A DNA stretch of 64,000 nucleotides from Perna viridis (GCA_037379345.1 CM074514.1:40982001-41046000); one strand, 5' to 3'; shown: positions 50,201 to 62,893, numbered from the stretch's first letter. The notes: generated by a model from the sequence alone, not told the origin. A program made the numbers and translations.

Positions 50201-53200
50201 CCCAGAAGGTAACTGTACATTACATTAAACTTGAGTGGAAATGACAAGTGATTCTAATTCGAATCCGGGTAAATCCGGAATGTGAGCATATATTCCCTCT
50301 GAAGATCCCAAAGTTACATATGATATAGCATATACTAATTCATGATAGACGACATTTAATACCGAGTAAAATAAACTAAATAAAAGTGAACAGTTATTGT
50401 TGTGGTAAGTATTGATGAAAACTCACCAACAACTTCGAATGAAATCTGTGTGACTTCAGATACTGATTTAGTAAATCACCGTAGACAAATTATAAAGAAT
50501 AACAATATTGTTAATAAAATGAATATAGATAGCCCTAAGAAGAAGTTCATTCCTTATCTACATTTATAATAGTATGATCTTTAAATTTTAGACAGGTTTC
50601 TTGGAGTACACGGATTGATGATTTATTTTTGTGTGCAAATTTGTTTACCTGAAGAAGAATCATTGCCGCTTCCAAGATTTTCAGGGGAGTCCAATGCAAA
50701 CACCGATGTGCCACAGACTACAATAAAGATATCTTTTATGTTTTAGTTCATTGTCATATAATAATATAAGGCATGTTTAACCTGTAAAAGGACGGGATTG
50801 TAAGCCAGTAAGGGCTTATTGATTGGTATCAAATATTAAATATCATATGTTGAGAGACGTTTTAGGTCCTAGTGCACCTGGGATGACTTGTTTGTTAGTC
50901 GAGTTGTTCGACTTCCGTATCTGCAACCCGAAATATATATGTATATATATATATAGTAGCAGCTTAATTTCTGTCCTAACGGTATAAACGGTATATCCCT
51001 GAATGTAATTTTATATTTATTCGCGTGATAAGTGTTCGTCGTCTGTAAATCTGCTGCAAGATAAGAAAGTAAAATCTTGTGCAATGATAAAAATAAACCA
51101 CATGTAAACATGTGAACGAAACAAACAAATGGAGACATATCAATATATTAATATTGATTTTACTAAATTAATCATAAGATACTTAGTAATTGAGTAATAG
51201 CGAGGGAAGATTTGCCAAAAATATGGCCTTGTATATTGCACGTGTATATGTATATGATTTAATATACCTTTTATAGACAATAGAATAACACCAAGGTCCT
51301 TACGTAATTTTTTTTTATCGTTTTAGAAAAGACATAACCCATGTAAGCTGTAGTTGTGTTTTTGCTTACACATGGGTTGGGTCTGTATCTTCAATTATGA
51401 TTATATAGTGCTTTAATTAATCCATATTGATTAAATTGTTTCATTTAACGTATTTTCCAACTAAGATACAAAAAGTAAATGGTCAATTCCATAAAAAAGT
51501 AATAATGGGACTGAGAAATGATCGCTATAATGTTTGTCTTTCAGACTTCACATAGACGTTTGATAGATGGACCAGACAGTTCATTTAATGCCGACACACT
51601 GACGCAGAATTTAATGTACCAAGACTGTGAAGCAACAAACCGCATGCAATCCATCCTACCAAGTGGCATTGTTCCTTGACAACAAGATGCTACTTCATCT
51701 TCTATATAAATTCGTTTGCGAATAAACAGTGATTAGGAAAACCATTGTTTTTAAGTTTCCTGTTTTACCTAACTGGCAGCAAATATGCTAAAACCGGGCC
51801 ATCGAGGCGGTTTTTGCAGCGCACAAAATGAGATAAAGTTTTATTAACAGCACCTCATTGCGTTGGTTGGTCGTTATAATAGAAAAAAATATAATGTATA
51901 TACAGTCGAACCTCGATGTGTCGAACTCAGGTTTGTCGAAATCTCGGATAACACGTAATAATTACAAAGTCCCAGCAAAACCTCACTTACTCCGATGCAA
52001 TTTTACCTCGGATGATTCGAACTCGGATTAATTTGAAACCTCGGATAACTCGATGTAATCAATAAATCCCCTCGATAGGACTTCGATGTTAATTAACCCT
52101 GATGTCTCGAAGTCAACTAATTAGTTGGAAAACTGATTGCTTATTACAAACAATTATCAAAGTGTGTTTTAACAATTAGTGTGGCTTTTAAAATTAATTT
52201 GTTCACACTCTTTATGGTTTGATTTGTTTATTTAATATAATATAAAATTGCGCGTGTTGTTAAAAGAAACGAATTGTATTAATAACACGTCGGAATTTAC
52301 ATTAACAGTGATATTGGACATTTTGATATTTTGAAAAAAAAATACAGATGAATTGTAATGGTATCTGACTATTTAATGAAACATCAAACCGACGTAGGGT
52401 ATTTCAACGACTACATTCGTTTCGCTAGTGAATCTGATTTTTTTATTGTAATATTGTAGAGCACATGGTTTGATGATAATCCTGATTGTGAATCAAACAA
52501 AGCAGCATGTTATGAACTATAACGTTTTTGACATAGAAAAAATAAAAAGGAAATTTCACTAAAACACTCGGTGCCATTCAGTATTTCAAACATGATATAC
52601 AACATACAAGAAAATGTTTTCCGATATGAAACGCATGACATAATGGAGCACCGTGTAAAGTGAAGTACATGTACATGTACAAGCATAACAAATAATGTAA
52701 ATACAGAAACAATGATGGACCAAACTAATAGTATTTCCGGTTTATCCTCGACCTCGGATTACTTGAACCTCGGATAACTCGAACATTTTTGCATGGTCCC
52801 TTCGACTTCGACTTAACGAGGTTCGACTGTAGCTCATCTTACTCAATAACATATAACAATATTCTGTCCATCTTGTTTATTTTTGTTTTATATTTTGAAT
52901 GTTGTAAATATAGTTATAAAAGTATCATTTTCAAGCTTGAACTTACAGTAGTTGCACGGAAATCCAGACTGTATCTTGCCGAGAAAGTTGTTCTTTTCAC
53001 CTGCTGTAAATGTGGAAAACGATTCATAGACATTTGCAATACTTCCAAACTCTGATTGTGAGTTTCCTTCGGCCACAAGTAGATATACCCCGTTGTCTTT
53101 CAACTTTTGTGCGGCCTCTTTTGGTTCGTCATCAATGAATATTTTAATGAACCAACCGAAGAAACTGTTATAGGAATATGAGTCATGGGTGACGTACATG

Positions 53201-56093
53201 ATGACGACATCACTAATATCTGATCGCGCACCATTACCTTCGGTGAGGACGTCACTTCTAATAAATTCTAAAGCTGATTTTGGATTTGAAGTAGCAGACG
53301 ATGTCGAAATTCCATTTATAGCTGATTTAATGGCTGACGCCGATGAATATTTATTGAAGCCAAACAAGATACTCGTCGTGGACGACGAAAGTACAGTTGA
53401 AATACGTGTCGCAGTAGGGGAGATACTGAACAGATCCGTTATTTCGTTGAATAATGCTTTGACATTACTAAATCTAGAGTAATCGGTAACATCAATCAAA
53501 AACACAATGTCAAATACTTTTGGGGCACAACCTGAAAACGTACAAAACTATATTTGTTTTTTATATTCATACACGCGCACAAAACTTAAAATTAAAGATA
53601 AAATTTGCATTTATGATAATTCATCCGCTGAAAAATAAAATGCTACTGAAACCTTTAGCATATCTTGAAAATTACTAACGGAAACTCTACCATAAATTTT
53701 ACAGTAAAAATAAAAATACCAAGCAAATACATCAAAGAAAACAAGACGAAAAATCTATCACGAAAACCACCTATACCCACAAAAAGATAAATACTAATTG
53801 TAACTGAAAAGTGTGAGGTTGAAAAGTCTATGATGTAACGAAAGCAATATCACTGTAGTCTTTCCAAAGTTTTTACTTGATAAAAATATCAAAATGCATG
53901 GTAGTCCGTACATTCGCCAAGATTACAAGCTTCTAAGCCTTCGGTACTTCCGTCGCAATCATCACCATTTTCACCTGGAGGAGGGTTGTCACACACACGA
54001 TCTCTGTAACGGGTTCCTGTTCCACAATGAACGGAGCAAGAAGTCCATGGACCCCATTCTCCCCAGTTGCCATGAATAACTTATGTAAAAGAAAACACAA
54101 ATTTAATTGTACAAGGAACAATTTTCATTTATAATATGATTTTAGGCTATGCCTATGATGGACAGAGCTCATTCTTTGTTTACGATGCTCCGCCATGTTG
54201 CTATATGTGAAGTCTCATTTTTTAGGAGAAGTTGTGAGACTTTCCACTGGGAAAATTTAATACATTTCTACGCAGCCATGAATCAAATTCCAAATTATTT
54301 TTTAATAAATAAATATATATAGAATCATATCCATCGGCGTATTAAAAGACAAAACAGCGCCTCCACACTTGCCGATTACTGCCGTGTCTGAAATTTTTGT
54401 TGGAATATGTTTAAGACATAATAATATCTTTTTTTCAAAAAATAGCAACGATACAAATCATATTTTGTAGGTTTCAAACGAAGTACCTTATACTTTATCT
54501 AAACAAATGGGCGGCAATAATATGCCGTCGATATGAGTACAGCAGAGAACAGGTCATTGTAAAGAAATGCAAGCAAACCATGCTTGCACAAAAAGGTATC
54601 GACATTAGCTAAATTAACTTGAGCAAACAATGAATTTTCTTTTTCTGTACTTCTACAGTTGGTCATTCTTTTTTTCATATGTTTTCACATCATTTGCAGG
54701 ACGCTTACCCTACCGGTGCACCTGGTCCATGTTCCCAGTTTTTAGTGGAGTCCGAGTTGCTCATTTACTTTTGTTACTTTGTATGTATGATTTTAGTTAC
54801 TTTATGTTCTTTGTTGTGTATGTCTGTTTTCCATGTCTGGTCTTTGTCCCTGGATTACATTATTTTGGTTACCGCTATAACCTTGGTTCCCTTGATTACT
54901 CTTGCAACGGAACTATTCTGAAATTGTATGTTGCATTGTACGCGAATGCTGCTGCAGCGCAACTTTGTTTATGAGGACTGAAGTTGAATTTTTGAAACGG
55001 TCCATTTACACTCTTTCTGTGTTTTTTTTAGTCTGTATCTGTTTTTTGTATTATTATTTTTTCTATTCTAAAGTTACCTGTTGTAACTTCTATTGTTGTT
55101 GTACTGTCTTGTATTGTTTCAGTAACTGTCGTATCTTCTATTGTTGTGCCATCCGTTTGTATATCACCAGATGGGTCCTTGATTTGACAGATTACTGCAC
55201 AGAAGATAATATTTAAAAAAAATAAAGATACATTGTAAATGCAATAATATAATGTAGAAAGAAGGTGTATTCGTTATTCTAAATTTTTCTATGACGAAAT
55301 GATACATAGTGGTTGTATGATCGGCGTTGGGTATTGCCTTTTTTGTTGACGGCATCAACAGAATAGGTTGGAGGTGTCAACCTATGGTCGATGTTTTCAT
55401 ACCTACAGCCTTACCTTCACTATACTAAAGAAACGTCAATTTTACGTTACTGAAAGACTGAAATAACTCTTGTTTAACAAATTATATGAAATTGTAAAAA
55501 AACAGGTTGAGTGCCAGTCTCTGTAAAGATTGGGCAGTGGGTGGAATATGGCACAAGAAACACCATTTTAAAAGTGTATTGTGACAATTCACACCATCAG
55601 AATGAAATAAAAATACAAGATTACCATTATCATTTTGGTAAAGTGACTCAAAATGTCATTTAAATGCACTTAGAATGACTATTCTAGGAACAGATAACTC
55701 GTCTATAACTTTATATTGAAATATTTTTAGCAAATCCAGTGATGCAGAGATCAAATGGGGATTCTTTCAAATAGAAAATCATAGAGTGAAACAACAAAGT
55801 CAGATCGTTGGGTTTTTTTACTTTTCCCATTTTGCCCGATTCTTTCAAAAACTTACACTAAAAAAATAAAAACTTGTACCATAAACGTACGCGCATTTTT
55901 TATAACCAACAACATTGATTAGTGAACAATTTTTTCGGATTTGATTATAAGTAAAATACCTGATCTTGAAAGCAGTGCACTAAACTAATAATCACGCTTT
56001 TTTTTTACAAGTTTCATATCAAAAAGACAACATCAAGTACTCACCAAATGCAAAAAGAAAAACGCAGACACAACAGGACAAGATGAGATTCAT
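40270..56093 (-). CDS. Gene C (13 exons, 1021 aa): signal peptide - Thr-rich - TSP1 - VWA - CC/W-rich domain - 2 cadherin-like repeats - TM - ~304 aa cytoplasmic tail
   Basis: Exons (minus strand) 56093-56045, 55194-55078, 54079-53912, 53531-52947, 50717-50649, 49718-49551, 48984-48903, 48083-47905, 47652-47473, 47061-46937, 42958-42787, 42313-42152, 41279-40270. GT-AG introns, 3066 nt in frame, core intron phases identical to A and B. Confidence 0.88.
42152..42313 (-). CDS. Gene C exon 12, cadherin-like
   Basis: FSYGDVDSYRLFVCCQD...YTPP|gtatgt. Confidence 0.9.
42787..42958 (-). CDS. Gene C exon 11, cadherin-like
   Basis: PPVVHNLP...TNDPICCTMPY. Confidence 0.9.
43930..44545 (-). mobile_element. 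Decayed non-LTR (CR1/L2-like) reverse transcriptase fragment
   Basis: GPDGISPCVLKE, VTPVYKGKG, RPISLTSIVSKIMEK, QSGFQPGDSTVNQL, SKVFDKVWHRGL; frameshifted; in gene C intron 10. Confidence 0.9.
45009..45206 (+). repeat. ~98 bp direct tandem duplication
   Basis: tatgagggaaatt...ggaaaacaaagta..tgataa twice. Confidence 0.8.
45930..46800 (-). mobile_element. Decayed Penelope-like element RT fragment
   Basis: SGINSMWILKNSKDLLE, LYTSIPH, IPMGTNCAPLLADLFLHSYEA (RT motifs); frameshifts, stops and apparent internal deletions; clade not assigned. Confidence 0.8.
46937..47061 (-). CDS. Gene C exon 10, cadherin-like
   Basis: KLPEGPSGPYILTVIGQDSC...TYNA|gtaagt; 125 nt as in A/B. Confidence 0.88.
47473..47652 (-). 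CDS. Gene C exon 9, cadherin-like
   Basis: EVEENTPVG...VTDTD cadherin motifs; exact donor slightly uncertain. Confidence 0.85.
47905..48083 (-). CDS. Gene C exon 8
   Basis: HTSAANIIGHADC...CPQN...NRGYSLKL aligns to A/B exon 6. Confidence 0.87.
48903..48984 (-). CDS. Gene C exon 7
   Basis: ERVAFVEGDFLGW aligns to ERIAIKDGDKIAW; 82 nt, ends in phase 2. Confidence 0.85.
49551..49718 (-). CDS. Gene C exon 6
   Basis: DSAYQMTCCGATSVWEFYA...YYLVGSTRIVVP aligns to A/B exon 4; gtgagt donor. Confidence 0.88.
49850..50075 (+). mobile_element. 3' part of the same SINE-like element, (ATCA)n tail
   Basis: Reverse-complement match to 26930-27125. Confidence 0.75.
50649..50717 (-). CDS. Gene C exon 5
   Basis: ttgtag/gtaaac; CGTSVFALDSPE aligns to A/B exon 3; 69 nt. 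Confidence 0.82.
51903..52829. mobile_element. Non-autonomous Tc1/mariner (pogo-like) element with TA TSD
   Basis: ta|cagtcgaacctcg...cgaggttcgactg|ta; subterminal ctcggata/tcgaac repeats at both ends; no transposase seen. Confidence 0.85.
52947..53531 (-). CDS. Gene C exon 4, VWA domain with degenerate MIDAS
   Basis: FDIVFLIDVT...TRISTV...FNKYSS...ALEFIR...GARSDISDVVI...AAQKLKDNGV. Confidence 0.92.
53912..54079 (-). CDS. Gene C exon 3, thrombospondin type-1 repeat
   Basis: HGNWGEWGPWTSCSVHCGTGTRYRDRVCDNPPP...CDG...EACNLGE: canonical WxxWxxWxxCSxxCG and RxRxC. Confidence 0.93.
54697..54903 (+). mobile_element. Same repeat family (copy 4)
   Basis: Best-preserved copy; in gene C intron 2. 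Confidence 0.85.
55078..55194 (-). CDS. Gene C exon 2, Thr/acidic mucin-like segment
   Basis: gtgcag/gtaact; VICQIKDPSGDIQTDGTTIEDTTVTETIQDSTTTIEVTT; phase 1-1. Confidence 0.72.
56045..56093 (-). CDS. Gene C exon 1, signal peptide MNLILSCCVCVFLFAF
   Basis: ATG, hydrophobic run, G|gtgagt donor. Confidence 0.72.
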
Positions 56094-56499
56094 GTTTCTA
56101 GCTTTATAACAGTAAACCCATAGCCATCTTCAATTTATCATCTGATATCAAACTTAACGCAAACAATTAGATGGGTCATTTTGCATGTAATCAATTCTCC
56201 AAAGCCTTCTTCAATATATCATCTGATAGCAAATTCAAAGTCGCCCTATAACAATAAGATAGGTCACTTTACACGTTATTAAATCTCATGATTAGTTTTG
56301 TTCTTTTGTTTTGTGACTTATAAAATATCTCACAAAATAAATCGCAAACTATAAAACTAGTTGTAACGAATTGTCTAATGGGAAGCATCAATGATTAAAA
56401 GAAAGCTCCTTAAAAAATTATGCAGGGAAAATAAAATTGCAACATCAAAACCAGGAATTAAAGGCTAAATTTTACATGAGGATTCTCTTTTGCTTTTTA

Positions 56500-56750
56500 C
56501 CTGTTGTGTTTTGTGTATTGCATTTGTTTAACTTCTTCCCATTTGTTAGCGTGAAATGTGTCTGTAACATACGCTATATATTTTTGTTTGTTTTTACTTT
56601 GTAGTTTTTGTATTAGCTCTTGTCTTGTTCATTGTCTTTTTTGTGTTTTTTGTGTTTTGTCTTTTGTATTTGCTATTGTTTTGTTCGTTGTTTTCTTTTT
56701 GTGTTTTTTTTTTTTTGTGTTTTGTGTCTTTTGTGTTTGGTTTGTTTTCG
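56500..56750. repeat. T/G-rich low-complexity tract upstream of gene C
   Basis: Degenerate (ttttg)n. Confidence 0.7.
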
Positions 56751-58758
56751 GCATTCAGCATTATAAAGGTATTACTATTTCAAAAAATATGAACATAAAT
56801 AATAAGATAAACGTTCATCTTAAATGATCCTAAAAAATGATCATTTTCTTACTATATCTTTTCGAAGACTAATATCATTTTGATTGTTGATTTATAAACC
56901 ATTGAACTACCCAGTAACATGTCAAATTGTTAAAATATTACTGTCTGACCAAATTAATTTTTGACGTCACTTCAACATAATTGTCATTGTATCGTCTTAA
57001 TTTAGTTGAAATATAATTTATCTTGAATCTACCAATACCCCTCCTGTAGGAATGACTTATTGTTTTTTTGTCATGTCAAATTTAAACCTGAAAGATAGTT
57101 GTAAGTAGCAATCTTTATAAAAAGCAGACAGGAGATGATTCATGCATGTCAATTTTATTTCTTATTCAGAATCAATTGCACACCCCTTAACCAGTCGTTC
57201 TTTTTTATTTAATTGTTTCGATTTTCAGATAAAATTTTGGATTGTACATGAAATTTACACCTTGCAGGAGCTATTGTTCTTGATTTTGTTCGGTTAGGTT
57301 GGTTTTAGTGGGAAATAAATGTATGATTTTCTCAGTAGCATAGATCTGAATATAAAAAGGACAGATGTTACGTAAAAATGTTGCATATGAATAAAAAAGC
57401 ATAGTTTGTTAGGTAAGTTTTATTCACAATGAATCATTTGAATATGGACAGTGTCTGAACTTTATATGGACTTGTACTTTATAATCAATATTATACAATC
57501 GTCAGGAATATAAGGGTCATACAAACTATGGATATTTTTATTACATTTTTATTGCATTTTTATCAAATATTGTCAATATCAACCAGATGAAGATAATATT
57601 ATCATTTTGAACTCACCGAAAGTAAATTGAGAATTATTAAATGTACTTTTAAAATTAGAGTTATCTCGCGTAGAAGGAAATGTCCATGATTGTCGTACCT
57701 TCGTTCAATGCATTCACCTGTAATACCCACATGCGTATATATACAACTCTATAGTACACTATATACATCCTGTTGTGCATTTAAAAGTGTATGTATTACA
57801 CAGCTATTACATATGAAGATTAATTATAGGACAATAACGAGTATGGTGAAACACGACAAATATATCAGCGTATAACCTAAATACAAACAGTACATATTTT
57901 CAGAGATCACCTGAATGTCTTCAACAAGGTGTAAATACACCTTTTAATAAACTCTAAAATGACCTAATAAGAAAAAGTAGTAAAATCCACGGAATCCAAA
58001 GGATGGCAATTATTCAAAACAGACAAAAAAGGAATATAGCATCACAAGGTCACATTAATAATCAACACCTCCTGACTGTGGACAAATACATGAAATCTGC
58101 GATGGGATTAAACTAGTTTTATAAGGCATTAACCAATCTCTTATATCATAAATGAACTAAAACAACAAACAAAAGTGCTGACTATAATTGAAGTTCTTCC
58201 CATAAATGCTAACATAAAATGCATTGCCTTTTTAAGTAAGACCGCTATGAATCAGAACGTTTCAATTGCCTTTCTAATGTTAATTTGATAATTAACAATA
58301 CCTATAGGTTTTAATATAGTTCCAAGCTTCGATTTATTGAGATAATTTGTTCATAGCAATCGTGACTCTTGTTAACTATCACTTTTTGGCGGAGACACGT
58401 TAATTGCAGCTGATGTTTTGAAATTATTTCTAAATCTGTTTTTATTCAGAAAGTAATTTATTTTATTCAATGTAACATATATCAAAAGATATGTAATCAC
58501 GTTTTATTTACACTGACATATATTCGAAAACCTGTTTTAATCTTTTCGAGAACATTGTATTAACTGTAACATGTATTAAAACATATGTATTCATGTTTTA
58601 TTTACTGAAAGATATATACAAAGATTTATGTAATGTAACATGTACTAAAATATTTGCATTCACGTTTTACTTTGACAGTACTCAGTGATGCTAGTCCTGT
58701 TATCAGAGCGTATTTGTTTTACTAATACATAGTTCGCTTTTGAACTGAATAACTGAAG

Positions 58759-58960
58759 AAAGAGTAATCAAGGAAACCAAGGTTATAGCGGTAATAAAAA
58801 AAATGTAATCAAGGGACGAAGACCAGACATGGAAAACAGACATACACAACAAAGAACATAAAGTAACTAAAATCATACATACAAAGTAACAAAAGTAAAC
58901 TTGGACTCCACTAAAAACTGGGAACATGGACCAGGTGCACCGGTAGGGTAAGCGTCCTAT
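58759..58960 (-). mobile_element. Same repeat family (copy 5); a degenerate sixth copy lies near 60165-60325
   Basis: Reverse complement of 54697-54903. Confidence 0.85.
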
Positions 58961-61900
58961 GCTTACCCTACCGGTGTAAACTCATTTTAAATCATTAAAA
59001 CAAGCGAAGAATGCAGTAACATGTATATCTAAATTGGTATAAAACATAAATCACTTTAATTTGTTTGAAATTATTTGTTTTAACAGAAATAGCAAATTAT
59101 TTGTTTATCAAGCTTTCTGTTCACGTAAACTAGCAGCTTAAAACGCACAAAAATCAAATTTTAAGACCAGACAATCCAATTTAAGGATCCACTATCTGTC
59201 AACTACAACAATTTAATGAATAATTTTATTGTAAATCATGTACAATATTCCCAATGAATGTCACAACAAAAAATAACAAGAACAAGAAAGTGCTTCCTGG
59301 TTAGAGATACAATTTGATCGTCCCGAATATAACTATCATGATATATCTCTCAAAGTTTTCTTTAAAAGTGCTTTTCTTCTAGTCTTATCAGTTAGGGGAT
59401 ATATATTTGTGTATACAAACAAAGACAAGTCTTCCTGGTGTTAAATGACCGAATAAAACAGTAAGAAAAAATACAATTTTTATAATGTTTCAAGCTACTT
59501 TCTAATCTCTCGGATACACGATCAATGTTATTATAATCCTCCGATTACATTGTGCATGATTTAAATTGACAAAACAAGTTGATGCCAATGCAACAGTTGG
59601 TTTTAGGATATTTATCTGTTTTTGTATTGTTTGATTGTTGTTGTTGTTTGTTGTTTGTTTGTTTTCTTATTGTTTGTTTGACTTTTGTGTAGCCAGAAAA
59701 TGGAATGATATGGAGAATAATGTACATAGAAGTATAAAACAAGTCTAAACGCATCTGAAGTCAAAGACGTGTCCTGAATGTTCATGGTTGTGGTACGGTT
59801 AAAGTATTAGTGTTATTCGTCCTTGTGTATTCTTATTCAATATGATATGTATTTTTTTTTCTTGACGCTTTATCATTGATTCGACATGCCAGATTTTACT
59901 ACCCGAACCAAGTTTCTACTCACGTCTTCACCCAAATTTTAAACTTTTACACCAATACAAGTATGTATTCATATTACATTTAAGACACGGAATAAACCTT
60001 TAAGAAAGTAAATTTTAATTTACGAAAATAAGTTGAGACTAATTTTATATACAGTATATATAAATGTGACCTGTTTTAATATAAATCTACCGCAGCGTTT
60101 TGTGTTCAAGTACATGAGGAATAATGAGAACTACGATTCTGAGGAAATCAAAAAAAAACAAATAAATGTAGTCCAAGGACAAAGAAAAGACATAGAAAAC
60201 AGACACGCACAAGAAGGAGCATTGGATAACTAAATAATATGTACCAGCAACAAAAGTAAATAATTTTTAAATAGAATTCACTAAAAACTGAGTGTTTGGA
60301 ATAGGAGCAAGCGTCCTCTGCTTAACCGATACAATTTATAACTTAAAACTCTTACATGTATAACATAGTAACTTACACTACATGTATCTACATAATTTGT
60401 AAATATCAAGATAAGGTTTTAGTACTGCTTTTGAGGTTTTAATGGCCTAGGGCAAGCCTGAATCAAGCCAGACAAAATTTCAAAATTTGAAGACCAGACA
60501 TAAACAGCTTCTTCCCTTTTTATTTGCCCTATCGTCAAAATACCAACAAGCATGTCTGTTTAAACATTGATTTTTGAAGGGGTTTAACAGAAAACATTGA
60601 ATGATAGGGAAAATGTGTTTTGTGTCAGGAGTCTTCAGTAATTTAAAAATCTCATATTATTTATTTGTTCAGACGTCATCTATTAGAAAACAAATCTTAT
60701 TTGACGATACTTGATTTTGTAACATTTCTATGAACTATTTTATTAGAGAAATCCGATGTTTTCTATTACAAATAAGACGATATTGCTACTGGTGGTCTAT
60801 TTACATTTTATTTTAGAAACTTCAATGTCTTCCATGCATATTAAATGAGAAGATATAGGGATTTTCTTGACCTATTTCGTTCAGATATCCTTGTTTTGTA
60901 TCAATCCTATATCTATAGATATCTGAATCAAGAATGACTCATATTTATAACAACTGTTCATATAATTGTGAGCGGTAAACGGTAGTGATTGTCTAATGTT
61001 TCAGATATACTTTTCAACCAAAATGTATACATAAAATTTGAACGCTAAGAATTTGGAAAGATTTCGGCTTTTTAAAGGCACAAAACGGATTGTTTGGAAC
61101 ATTTTATATCTCCCCGTACGTCTTTTACAGCGCAAGTTAAAACTTAAGATACATTTAAATGAAACAGTCGTGCTGTTATTTTCTGGAACAGCGATGTTTC
61201 TAATGTAACAAATAAAGTTAATACAACATGCGAAATGTCTATTACATGCATCATTGTGTTGATGATATGGAATGCAACACCTTTATTCACTTTAAATAAC
61301 TCCCGAGACTTCGAAAAATTTACTGGGATTTGGAGGATAATATTGATAATATTGTCCACAAACAGAAAACGTAACATGCGTCTTCGAATGTTATCCATGT
61401 AAAACATTTCATCATTTTAATTCACACATGCATATAAGGTAAATTACATATATGTAGTTTCTCGCTCGGGATCTTTCCCACCAAAAGGAGAGAACGCTTT
61501 TCTCTTTCAAATAAGATCGGTTACAATACAGATATCGTATCGCCGCCATCTCTGAAATTGACGGTATGTTTTTACCAGAGACTCAATATTGGAATAAGAT
61601 AGAAATGCAATAACAAACTTATTGATCAATCAGTTTTCCTATTTGTAGAATATACAGATAAAATATTAATTTTCATTCAAAAATATTCAAATAAAACTCC
61701 AATTGATAAAAAATTAAAGTACTCTAGATCCTGACAACATAGATAATTAGTAACATTGCATAATGTTTTTTATATGTGATTGATAACTTCCTCGAACATC
61801 AGACAAGAAGAAGCAGCGTCCTGATGTTTGAACTAAATTTAGAAGCATTTCAAATAATTAAGTTTATGCTTGACTTATTAAGTGTCTGTGTATCGTTCAT

Positions 61901-62893
61901 GCATTACCAATGAATGATCTAGAGCAATGAAATATGCTCCGCTTTATGGACATGTGTATCAAATAAGATAATCATAGTTGAAAGAAAAATAGATTAAGAC
62001 TTTTCATTAGCAAAACGATGTTGTAAAGACATTAAAAGTGTTTAATAAAAAAATGTTGTCATACATGTGCCTCCGGTGTTGGCAACGGCTTTTCCAAATA
62101 AATCTCATCTTTAAATTAAACTATTGTAAGTTAAATCCATTTTCGGAAGTCTTGTCCTTTTTCAATGTATGCACATGCTAAAAAAAGAAGTTTCATGCAC
62201 ATCAATCTTTAATAATTGAATTTAGAAACGTATAGGAACCATATAATTAAAGTATAATGCATGAACGAAATGTTATAACATTAGATAGTCGCAGACGTCT
62301 TAAGGCATTCTTATACAATTTTGACTATCCCGTGAAAACAATGTGCATGCGTCACGATTTAAATTGATTATCCAAACTACATTAAGCTCTTTTTAATAAA
62401 GGAGAGTCTTTTATCTACGATATAATATGTTACATCCGACTATTATGACATGTAATTGCTTGCATGTCTAAATCTATATTGAATATAAGACGTCTTGTGT
62501 AGCTCTTTAAATAATACCTGGTATGATTAGTTAGAATGAAATGATTCATTTTATTTGACCCTATCCTTGAAAAGTACTTCTGTAAAGAACACAACGACAA
62601 TTTCAAAATACTAAAGCAGGAGATGCAGAACAAACGGTTGGATAATTAAACAAACAAAAACAAAATCAAACAAACAACTACACCAAAAAGGGGGAACCAC
62701 TTGAGTATACTTAATAAATGAACTCATGGAATTTCATTTGAAGTAGTGATTTATGACCATTTTGGTAAATATAACTATTTGTCCAAAAAGGGAAGAGATT
62801 GTTCTTATAAAATAATTTAGCGAGTTGTCAATGTCATTTCTGTTTAATAAACACATAAGGAATACATGATAGAATAACCACCTTAATATACAG

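Noticed and set aside
54630-54974. Hydrophobic ORFs here and at 7417-7669, 21934-22169 and 58703-58927 as a small membrane-protein family
   Set aside because: They are translations of one T-rich dispersed repeat, open in several different frames.
56558-56827. Phe/Cys/Val-rich ORF (and Lys-rich ORF 41845-42051)
   Set aside because: Low-complexity T- or A-rich DNA with no splice or homology support.
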